A DNA stretch of 58,809 nt from Nemertoderma westbladi (Eukaryota > Animalia > Xenacoelomorpha), in NCBI GenBank assembly GCA_032718475.1, contig JAUCBJ010005410.1:1-58809 (forward strand). Reading direction: 5' to 3'. Below the pieces are notes generated by a model. The model was not told the origin of the DNA and searched no databases. It saw nothing but the letters and a program-made list of their open reading frames with translations. Within the stretch, counting starts at the first letter, position 1, and each line of letters opens with the position of its first letter. Positions 1 to 11,670 of this stretch are shown here, piece after piece. A program made the position numbers and the translations under genes.

Positions 1-1343
1 ACAAGTTTCAGTCTAAAAGGATTGTAAATAACAAAGTTGGAGGAGATGTTAACTTTCATACATTTCGCCCTCTAGCGGCAGACGCGGGTAATATAGACAA
101 CTCTGCGCGACTCAGTAAAGATATAGCCTATGCTGTAGTAGATGCACCAAGTTCAGTCTAAATGGATTATAAATAACAAAGTTGGAGATGTTAACTTTCA
201 GACATTTCGCCTTCTAGCGGTAGACTGGGGAATTGTAGACGACTCTGCGACTCAGTAAAGATACAGCCTATGCTGTAGTAGATGCCTACCAAGTTTCAGT
301 CTAAACGGATTGTAAATAACAAAGTTGGAGAAGATGTTAACTCTCAGACATTTAGCCCTCTAACGGTAGACTGGGGAACTGTGGACAACTCAGTGACTCC
401 GGAAATATACAGCCTATGCTGCAGTATATAGCTACCAAGTTTCAGCTCAAAAGCATTAAAAACAACCCAATGAGATCAGGTTTTCACTATCGGACAATTC
501 GCCCTCTAGCGGCAGATGGGGGAACTTCAGACGGCTCTGATTATTACATTGCAACGAGTTAGGGCGAGACCTATCTAACGAGCTATAGTAAGCGAGATTT
601 CATCGAGATTAGATGTATAATATTAGATAAAATAATAATACAGTAAGTATAGGCCTACAGAAATAATTATTTTACTTTTAATATTCATAACAGTAAAACA
701 AAAATGTTATAAACCTCTCCTTCCATGCAGCCAATGATTGAGAAAGCAGAATTACACTTGAGCAGTTCGCAACAGACAACCCAAACCCACCCCACCACAA
801 TCAACAATACAACCTGGCTTGCTCCTTATCTGTGCCCAGCTAGCTGCGATTTCAATAATTACCTTAACGTTGCTATGATACAGAAAAAAATCCTTCCCTA
901 TTCACTACAGCACTAAGAATAGGCCAATTCGATCGTGCTTGGCGAATATGACAAATTTATACACTATTTGATTTTTAATCAATAAATAATCATACATATT
1001 TATATTAAACACTCGAATAAAATAAAAACTTTGTGAGAATGGGACACGGCGAATTTACCCATGTTAATTTTATACCAGGTGGGATAAATGTTAGCCCTCT
1101 AAATAATTAATTACCGATAGAAGAACCGAAATAATTAGATAAATTTCGCCCGAAAATCACGAAAATCGCCCTCTAGCGGCAGACGGGCGAACTTCAGACG
1201 ACTCTGAGTATTACGTTGCAACGAGTTAGAGCGAGACCTTTCTAACGAGCTATAGCAAGCGAGATTTCATCGAGATGGGTTCGATTGTATAGCCGATGAC
1301 AAACACACAGACAGACAGACAATCGATATTTATATATATTAGA
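1..1343 (-). mobile_element. Non-autonomous Helitron-like unit, type B (partial, runs off the window)
   Basis: Minus-strand 5' end TCTAATATATATAAA at 1343 followed by a (GTCT)n tract; near-identical to 4370-5697; internal ~146-bp subrepeats. Confidence 0.65.
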
Positions 1344-3504
1344 CTAGAAAGCCAGTGGCCCTTCGGGCCACGGCTTTCTAGTTCACAAGCCTATTCACCA
1401 TTCCAAACATTAATTAATTAATTAACTTAACAAAACTTCATATTATTGAGAGTGTTCTCTCAAACAAAAGGACTGATGCTGTTTTACTTTTCAGATATCT
1501 ACACTGGTCAACGTCCTTCGCATAGATGCAGCATGATGTAGTACAGTAGACCTCTGACAATTATCAGCGTAAAAGCATTTTTAATAAATAAATGTGAGAA
1601 TGTTTTTACTTTTCAGATTCAGATTTTTCGCACCCTAACAGTAGACTGGAAATCCGCAGACTGGTCCGTCCTCCCCATACAAACGGCCTATGGTCAAGCA
1701 TGCCTTTCCCAAGTATAAGCAAAAAAGCATTAGAAACAACGAAATGGGAGAAGGATTTCACTTGAGACATTTCACCCTCCAGCGGCAGACTGAGAAATTG
1801 CAGATTGGTCAGAGTTTTCCACAAACACGCAGTCTATGGTGTAGTAGACCTCTGACAAGTATCAGCCTAAAAGCAATAGAAACAACGAAACGGGATAAGG
1901 ATTTCACTTTCAGACATTTCGCCCCCTAGCGGCCGAATGGAGAACTGCAGTTTGTTCGGCGTCTTACCTAGACACACACCCTATGGTGACCCACATCTGG
2001 CAAGTGTCAGCCTGAAATCATATTAATAACGAAATGGGATAAGGTTTTCACTTTCAGACATTTGACCCCCAAGCGGTAGACTGGATAAATGCAGACTGGT
2101 TCTAGCTCCTCCCCAAACACAGTCTATGGTGTAGTAGACCTCTGCCAAGTATCAGCAAAAAAGCATTATAGACAATGAAATGCATAAAGGTTTTCACTTT
2201 CAGACATCGCGCCCCCTAGCGGCAGACAGAGCTATTGCAGATTGGTCTTAGTTCTCCACAAACACGCAGTCTTTGATGTAGTAGACCTCTGACAAGTATC
2301 AGCCTAAAAACATTATAAACATCAAAATGGGATAAGGTTTTCACGTTCAGACATTTCGCCCCCTAGCGGCCGAATAGAGAACTGCAGGTTGTTCGGCGTC
2401 CTCTCCAGACACACACCTTATAGTGTAATACACATCTGCCAAGTGTCAGCCTAAAAGCATTACTAATAACGAAATGGGATAAGGTTTTCACTTTCAGACA
2501 TTTGGCCCCCTAGCGGTAGACTGGAGAAATGCAGACTGGTTCTAGCTCCTCCCCAAACACGCAGTCTTGGTGTAGTAGACCTCTGCCAAGAATCAGCAAA
2601 AACGCAGTAAAAACAACGAAATGGGTGAAGGTTTTCACTTTCAGACATTGCGCCCCCTACCGGCAGACAGAGGAATTTCAGATTATTCAGAGTTGTCTAC
2701 AAACACGCAGTCTATGGTGTAGTCGACTTCTGCCAAGTATCAGCAAAAAAGCATTATAAACAACGAAATGGGATAAGGTTTTCACTTTCAGATATTTCTC
2801 CCCCTAGCGGCAGACTGGGGAATTGCAGATTAGTCGGCATCCTCCGAAAACACACAGCCTATGGTATAGTAGACCTCTGCCACGTATCAGCTAAAAGGCA
2901 TTAATAATAACGAAATGGGAGAAGGTTTTCAGTTTCTGACATTTCGCCCCCTAGCGGCAGACTGGAGAACTGCAGATTGTTCAGTGTCTTCCCAAACACA
3001 CAGTCTATGGTCAGGAACGTATCTGCAAAGTATCATTTAGAACAGATTGAGTCTGTTGGTGCAACCGCTGTTATAGAGTTTCCTGCTGGTTGACAAATTT
3101 GGCTGAAAATGGTTATGGAATAATAGCCCATTTTGACCACAAATACGCATTCACACATAAATAATGCAAAAAATTCGCCTCGATATAACGACGTTTCGCG
3201 TCCATATGCTCGGGGCAGTCTGCATCACGTAGATGCGCATCAAAAAGTAACATAATAGTCGGACCCAACGTGTAGAGTGACAGAATGAACTGCTAGGCCT
3301 ACTGCGCTACCGGTACCAAATTCACGAAATCTGCATTCACGCAAACAAACGCGTAAAGTAAGACTCGAGATAGCGACAGTGCACGTGCTCGTGACGAGAG
3401 CTTTCGTTCGATGTATCGCGAGCTCCGATTGGTGCTTGTGTGTAGAAACGTATAGCTTGGACAGACAGACAGACAGACAAACACATGATATTTATATATA
3501 TAGA
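1344..3504 (-). mobile_element. Non-autonomous Helitron-like unit, type A copy 1
   Basis: Minus strand starts TCTATATATATAAA...(GTCT)n and ends with the hairpin GTGGCCC-GAA-GGGCCAC then CTAG, the canonical Helitron 5'-TC / 3'-hairpin-CTRR termini; ten ~147-bp internal subrepeats. Confidence 0.75.
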
Positions 3505-5697
3505 CTAGAAAGCCTGTGGCCCTTCGGGCCACAGCTTTCTAGTGCACGTGCAGATGATATATGAATATGTGTGGGAGATTTGAGAACTGCATACGGAATA
3601 GACACCATCATTAAATAAAACACCACCCCCATAAGAGATAACTGTCAAGTTTCAACTTTAGTCAGATTGTAAATAACAAAATTTCCAGAAAATGATCACT
3701 TTCAGATCCACCCTCTACCTGCGGACTGGTGAAATGCAGACGGCGCTGCAGTTTGGTAAAGGTGGGGTTTATGGTGAAGTAAAATGCCTGCCTTTCAAGT
3801 TTCAGCTTAAACAGATTGTAAATAACAAAATTGGTGTAGATGTTCACATTCAGACTTCTAGCGGTAGACTGAAGAACTGTAGACGACTCTGGGACTCCGT
3901 AAAGATACAGAATATGCTGCAGTAGATTCCTGCCAAGTTTCAGCTCAAAGGGATTAAAGAGAACCAATTGGGATGAGGTGTTCACTATCAGACAATTCGC
4001 CCTCTAGCGGCAGATAGGGGAACTGTATACAACTCTGCGACTCCGTAAAGGTAGAGCCTATGCTGTAGTAGATGCCTACCAAGTTTCAGTCTAAACCGTT
4101 TGTAAATAACAAAGTTGGAGAAGATGTTAATTTTCAGACATTTCACCCTCTAGCGGTAGACTGGGGAAGTGTATAGGACTCTGCAACTCCGTAAAGATAG
4201 AGCCTAGGATGTAGTAGATACCTGCCAAGTTTCAGCTCAAAAGGATTAAAAAGAACCAAATGGGATGAGGTTTTCACTATCAGACAATTCGCCCTCTTGC
4301 GTCTGACTGTGGAACTGTAGACGACTCTACTACTCCGCAAAGATATAGCCTATGCTATAGTAGATGCCTACCAAGTTTCAGTCTAAAAGGATTGTAAATA
4401 ACAAAGTTGGAGAAGATGTTAACTTTCATACATTTCGCCCTCTAGCGGCAGACGCGGGTACTGTAGACAACTCTGCGCGACTCAGTAAAGATATAGCCTA
4501 TGCTGTAGTAGATGCCTACCAAGTTCAGTCTAAATGGATTATAAATAACAAAGTTGGAGAAGATGTTAACTTGCAGACATTTCGCCCTTTAGCGGTAGAC
4601 TGGGAAATTGTAGACGACTCTGCGACTCAGTAAAGATTCAGCCTATGCTGTAGTAGATGCCTACCAAGTTTCAGTCAAAACGGATTGTAAATAATAAAGT
4701 TGGAGAAGATGTTATCTCTCAGACATTTAGCACTCTAACGGTAGACTGGGGAACTGTAGACCACCCAGTGACTCCGGAAATATACAGCCTATGCTGCAGT
4801 ATATAGCTACCAAGTTTCAGCTCAAAAGCATTAAAAACAACCCAATAAGATCAGGTTTTCACTATCGGATAATTCGCCCTCTAGCGGCAGACGGGGGAAC
4901 TTCAGACGGCTCTGAGTATTACGTTGCAACGAGTTAGGGCGAGACCTATCTAACGAGCTATAGTAAGCGAGATTTCATCGAGATTAGATGTATAATATTA
5001 GATAACATAATAATACAGTAAGTATAGGCCTATAGAAATAATTATTTTTACTTTTAATATTCATAACAGTAAAACAAAAATGTTATAAACCTCTCCTTCC
5101 ATGCAGCCAATGATTGAGAAAGCAGAATTACTACAACCCAAACCCACCCCAATCAACACTCCAGCCTGCTTGCTCCTTATCTGTGCCCAGCCAGCTAGCT
5201 GCGAGTTCAATAATTACCTTAAGGTTGCTACAGAAAACAATCCTTCCCTATTCAATAACAATAGGCCAATTCGATCGTGCTTGGCGAATATGACATATTT
5301 ATACACTATTTGTTTTTTAATCAATAAATAATCATACATATTTATATTAAACACTCGAATAAAATAAATACTTTGTGAGAATGGGACACGGCGAATCTAC
5401 CCATGTTAATTTTATACCAGGTGGGATAAATGTTAGCCCTCTAAATCATTAATTACCGATAGAAGAACCGAAATAATTCGATAAATTTCGCCCGAAAATC
5501 ACGAAAATCGCCCTCTAGCGGCAGACGGGCGAACTTCAGACGACTCTGAGTATTACGTTGCAACGAGTTAGGGCGAGACCTTTCTAACGAGCTATAGCAA
5601 GCGAGATTTCATCGAGATGGGTTCGATTGTATAGCCGATGACAAACACACAGACAGACTGACTGACTGACAGACAATCGATATTTATATATATTAGA
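3505..5697 (-). mobile_element. Non-autonomous Helitron-like unit, type B (complete)
   Basis: Same terminal structure (CTAG plus hairpin at 3505-3545, TC end at 5697) but a different interior from type A; ~146-bp subrepeats containing cgccctctagcggcag. Confidence 0.7.
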
Positions 5698-5702
5698 TAA
5701 TA

Positions 5703-8700
5703 CTAGAAAGCCAGTGGCCCTTCGGGCCACGGCTTTCTAGTTCACAAGCCTATTCACCATTCCAAACATTAATTAATTAATTAACTTAACAAAACTTCAT
5801 ATGATTGAGAGTGTTCTCGCAAACAAAAGACTGATGCTGTTTTACTTTTTCAGATATCTACACTGGTCAACGTCTTTCACATAGATGCAGCCTTATGATG
5901 TAGTACAGTAGACCTCTGACAATTATAAGCGTAAAAGCATTTTTAATAAATAAATGTGAGAATGTTTTTACTTTTCAGATTCAGATATTTCGCACCCTAG
6001 CAGTAGACTGGAAATCCGTAGACTGGTTAGCGTTATCCCCATACAAACAGCCTATGGTCAAGCATGCCTTTCCCAAGTATAAGCAAAAAAGCATTAGAAA
6101 CAACGAAATGGGAGAAGGATTTCACTTGAGACATTTCACCCTCTAGCGGCAGACTGAGAAATCGCAGATTGGTGAGAGTTTTCCACAAACACGCAGTCTA
6201 TGGTGTAGTAGACCTCTGACAATTATCAGCCTAAAAGCATTAGAAACAACGAAACGGGATAAGGTTTTCACTTTCAGACATTTCGGCCCCTAGCGGCCGA
6301 ATGGAGAACTGCAGTTTGTTCGGCGTCTTACCTAGACACACACCCTATGGTGTATTACACATCTGGCAAGTGTCAGCCTGAAAGCATATTAATAACGAAA
6401 TGGGATAAGGTTTTCACTTTCAGAAATTTGGCCCCCTAGTGGTAGACTGGATAAATGCAGACTGGTTCTAACTCCTCGCCAAACACACAGTCTATGGTGT
6501 AGCAGACCTCTGTCGAGTATCAACAAAAAAGCATTATAAACAATGAAATGCATAAAGGTTTTCACTTTCAGACATTGCGCCCCCTAGCGGCAGACAAAGC
6601 TATTGCAAATTGGTCTTAGTTCTCCACAAACACGCAGTCTTTGATGTAGTAGACCTCTGACAAGTATCAGCCTAAAAACATTATAAACATCAAAATGGGA
6701 TAAGGTTTTCACGTTCAGACATTTCGCCCCCTAGCGGCCAAATGGAGAACTGCAGTTTGTTCGGCGTCTTACCTAGACACACACCCTATGGTGTAATACA
6801 AATCTGCCAAGTGTCAGCCTAAAAGCATTATTAATAACGAAATGGGATACGGTTTTCACTTTCAGACATTTGGCCCCCTAGCGGTAGACTGGAGAAATGC
6901 AGACTGGTTCTAGCTCCTCCACAAACACGTAGTCTTGGTGTAGTAGACCTCTGCCAAGTATCAGCAAAAAAGCAGTATAAACAACGAAATGGGTGAAGGT
7001 TTTCACTTTCAGACATTGCGCCCCCTACCGGCAGACAGAGGAATTTCAGATTATTCAGAGTTCTCTACAAACACGCAGTCTATGGTGTAGTTGACTTCTG
7101 CCAAGTATCAGCAAAAAAGCATTATAAACAACGAAATGGGATAAGGTTATCACTTTCAGATATTGCTCCCCCTAGCGGCAGACTGGGGAATTGCAGATTG
7201 GTCAGCATCCTCCGAAAACACACAGCCTATGGTGTAGTAGACCTCTGCCACGTATCAGCTAAAAGGCATTAATAATAACGAAATGGGAGAAGGTTTTCAG
7301 TTTCTGACATTTCGCCCCCTAGCGGCAGACTGGAAAACTGCAGATTGATCAGTGTCTTCCCAAACACACAGTCTATGGTCAGGAACGTATCTGCAAAGTA
7401 TCATTTAGAACAGATTTATTCTGATGGTGCAACCGCTGTTATAGAGTTTCCTACAGAATGAACTGCTAGGCCTACTGTGCTACCGGTACCAAATTCACGA
7501 AATCTGCATTCACGCAAACAAACGCGTAAAATAAGACTCGAGATAGCGACAGTGCACGTGCTCGTGACGAGAGCTTTCGTTCGATGTATCGCGAGCTCAG
7601 ATTGGTGCTTGTGTGTAGAAACGTATAGCTTGGACAGACAAACAGACAGACAGACACATGATATTTATATATATAGACTAGAAAGCCAGTGGCCCTTCGG
7701 GCCATGGCTTTCTAGTTCACAAGCCTATTCACCATTCCAAACATTAATTAATTAATTAACTTAACAAAACTTCATATGATTGAGAATGTTCTCTCAAACA
7801 AAAGACTGATGCTGTTTTACTTTTTCAGATATCTACACTGGTCAACATCCTTCACATAGATGCAGCCTTATGATGTAGTACTGTAGACCTCTGACAATTA
7901 TAAGCGTAAAAGCATTTTTAATAAATAAATGTGAGAATGTTTTTACTTTTCAGATTCAGATATTTCGCACCCTAGCAGTAGACTGGAAATCCGGAGACTG
8001 GTTAGCGTCCTCCCTATACAAACAGCCTATGGTCAAGCATACCTTTCCCAAGTATAAGCAAAAAAGCATTAGAAACAACGAAATGGGAGAAGGATTTCAC
8101 TTGAGACATTTCACCCTCTAGCGGCAGACTGAGAAATTGCAGATTGGTCAGAGTTTTCCACAAACACGCAGTCTATGGTGTAGTAGACCTCTGACAATTA
8201 TCAGCCTAAAAGCATTAGAAACAACGAAACGGGATAAGGTTTTCACTTTCAGACATTTCGGCCCCTAGCGGCCGAATGGAGAACTGCAGTTTGTTCGGCG
8301 TCTTACCTAGACACACACCCTATGGTGTATTACACATCTGGCAAGTGTCAGCCTGAAAGCATATTAATAACGAAATGGGATAAGGTTTTCACTTTCAGAC
8401 ATTTGGCCCCCTAGCGGTAGACTGGATAAATGCAGACTGGTTCTAACTCCTCCCCAAACACACAGTCTATGGTGTAGTAGACCTCTGTCGAGTATCAGCA
8501 AAAAAGCATTATAAACAATGAAATGCATAAAGGTTTTCACTTTCAGACATTGCGCCCCCTAGCGGCAGACAGAGCTATTGCAAATTGGTCTTAGTTCTCC
8601 ACAAACACGCAGTCTTTGATGTAGTAGACCTCTGACAAGTATCAGCCTAAAAACATTAGAAACAACGAAACGGGATAAGGTTTTCACGTTCAGACATTTC

Positions 8701-9620
8701 GCCCCCTAGCGACCAAATGGAGAACTGCAGTTTGTTCGGCGTCTTACCTAGACACACACCCTATGGTGTAATACAAATCTGCCAAGTGTCAGCCTAAAAG
8801 CATTATTAATAACGAAATGGGATAAGGTTTTCACTTTCAGACATTTGGCCCCCTAGCGGTAGACTGGAGAAATGCAGACTGGTTCTAGCTCCTCCCCAAA
8901 CACGCAGTCTTGGTGTAGTAGACCTCTGCCAAGTATCAGCAAAAATGCAGTATAAACAACGAAATGGGTGAAGGTTTTCACTTTCAGACATTGCGCCCCC
9001 TACCGGCAGACAGATGAATTTCAGATTATTCAGAGTTCTCTACAAACACGCAGTCTATGGTGTAGTCGACTTCTGCCAAGTATCAGCAAAAAAGCATTAT
9101 AAACAACGAAATGGGATAAGGTTTTCACTTTCAGATATTGCTCCCCCTAGCGGCTGACTGGGGAATTGCAGATTGGTCAGCATCCTCCGAAAACACACAG
9201 CCTATGGTGTAGTAGACCTCTGCCACGTATCAGCTAAAAGGCATTAATAATAACGAAATGGGAGAAGGTTTTCAGTTTCTGACATTTCGCCCCCTAGCGG
9301 CAGACTGGAGAACTGCAGATTGATCAGTGTCTTCCCAAACACACAGTCTATGGTCAGGAACTTATCTGCAAAGTATCATTTAGAACAGATTGAGTCTAAT
9401 GGTGCAACCGCTGTTATAGAGTTTCCTACAGAATGAACTGCTAGGCCTACTGCGCTACCGGTACCAAATTCACGAAATCTGCATTCACGCAAACAAACGC
9501 GTAAAATAAGACTCGAGATAGCGACAGTGCACGTGCTCGTGACGAGAGCTTTCGTTCGATGTATCGCGAGCTCAGATTGGTGCTTGTGTGTAGAAACGTA
9601 TAGCTTGGACAGACAAACAA

Positions 9621-9655
<35 letters not shown>

Positions 9656-11667
9656 CATGATATTTATATAAATAGACTAGAAAGCCAGTGGCCCTTCGGG
9701 CCACGGCTTTCTAGTTCACAAGCCTATTCACCATTCCAAACATTAATTAATTAATTAATTAATTAACTTAACAAAACTTCATTTGATTGAGAGTGTTCTC
9801 TCAAACAAAAGACTGATGCTGTTTTACTTTTTCAGATATCTACACTGGTCAACGTCCTTCACATGATGTAGTACAGTAGACCTCTGACAATTATAAGCGT
9901 AAAAGCATTTTTAATAAATAAATGTGAGAATGTTTTTACTTTTCAGATTCAGATATTTCGCACCCTAGCAGTAGACTGGAAATCCAGAGACTGGTTAGCG
10001 TCCTCCCCATACAAACAGCCTATGGTCAAGCATACCTTTCCCAAGTATAAGCAAAAAAGCATTAGAAACAAAGAAATGGGAGAGGGATTTCACTTGAGAC
10101 ATTTCACCCTCTAGCGGCAGACTGAGAAATTGCAGATTGGTCAGAGTTTTCCACAAACACGCAGTCTATGGTGTAGTAGACCTCTGACAATTATCAGCCT
10201 AAAAGCATTAGAAACAACGAAACGGGATAAGGTTTTTACTTTCAGACATTTCGCCCCCTAGCGGCCGAATGGAGAACTGCAATTTGTTTGGCGTCTTACC
10301 TAGACACACACCCTATGGTGTACTACACATCTGGCAAGTGTCAGCCTGAAAGCATATTAATAACGAAATGGGATAAGGTTTTCACTTTCAGACATTTGGC
10401 CCCCTAGCGGTAGACTGGATAAATGCAGACTGGTTCTAGCTCCTCCCCAAACACACAGTCTATGGTGTAGTAGACCTCTGTCGAGTATCAGCAAAAAAGA
10501 ATTATAAACAATGAAATGCATGAAGGTTTTCACTTTCAGACATTGCGCCCCCTAGCGGCAGAGAGAGCTATTGCAAATTGGTCTTAGTTCTCCACAAACA
10601 CGCAGTCTTTGATGTAGTAGACCTCTGACAAGTATGAGCCTAAAAACATTATAAACATAAAAATGGCATAAGGTTTTCACGTTCAGACATTTCGCCCCCT
10701 AGCGGCCAAATGGAGAACTGCAGTTTGTTCGGCGTCTTACCTAGACACACTCCCTATGGTGTAATACAAATCTGCCAAGTGTCAGCCTAAAAGCATTATT
10801 AATAACGAAATGGGATAAGGTTTTCACTTTCAGACATTTGGCCCCCTAGTGGTAGACTGGAGAAATGCAGACTGGTTCTAGCTCCTCCCCAAACACGCAG
10901 TCTTGGTGTAGTAGACCTCTGCCAAGTATCAGCAAAAAATCAGTATAAAGAACGAAATGGGTGAAGGTTTTCACTTTCAGACATTGCGCCCCCTACCGGC
11001 AGACAGAGGAATTTCAGATTATTCAGAGTTCTCTACAAACACGCAGTCTATGGTGTAGTCGACTTCTGCCAAGTATCAGCAAAAAAGCATTATAAACAAC
11101 GAAATGGGATAAGGTTTTCACTTTCAGATATTGCTCCCCCTAGCGGCAGACTGAGGAATTGCAGATTGGTCAGCATCCTCCGAAAACACACAGCCTATGG
11201 TGTAGTAGACCTCTGCCACGTATCAGCTAAAAGGCATTAATAATAACGAAATGGGAGAAGGTTTTCAGTTTCTGACATTTCGCCCCCTAGCGGCAGACTG
11301 GAGAACTGCAGATTGATCAGTGTCTTCCCAAACACACAGTCTATGGTCAGGAACGTATCTGCAAAGTATCATTTAGAACAGATTGAGTCTGATGGTGCAA
11401 CCGCTGTTATAGAGTTAGAGTTTCCTACAGAATGAACTGCTAGGCCTACTGCGCTACCGGTACCAAATTCACGAAATCTGCATTCACGCAAACAAACGCG
11501 TAAAATAAGACTCGAGATAGCGACAGTGCACGTGCTCGTGACGAGAGCTTTCGTTCGATGTATCGCGAGCTCAGATTGGTGCTTGTGTGTAGAAACGTAT
11601 AGCTTGGACAGACAAGCAGACAGACAGACAGACAGACAGACAGACACATGATATTTATATATATAGA
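5703..11667 (-). mobile_element. Three tandem type A Helitron-like units (5703-7677, 7678-9676, 9677-11667)
   Basis: Highly similar ~2.0-kb units; exact plus-strand junctions ...tataga|ctagaaagcc at 7677/7678 and ...aataga|ctagaaagcc at 9676/9677. Confidence 0.75.
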
Positions 11668-11670
11668 TAG

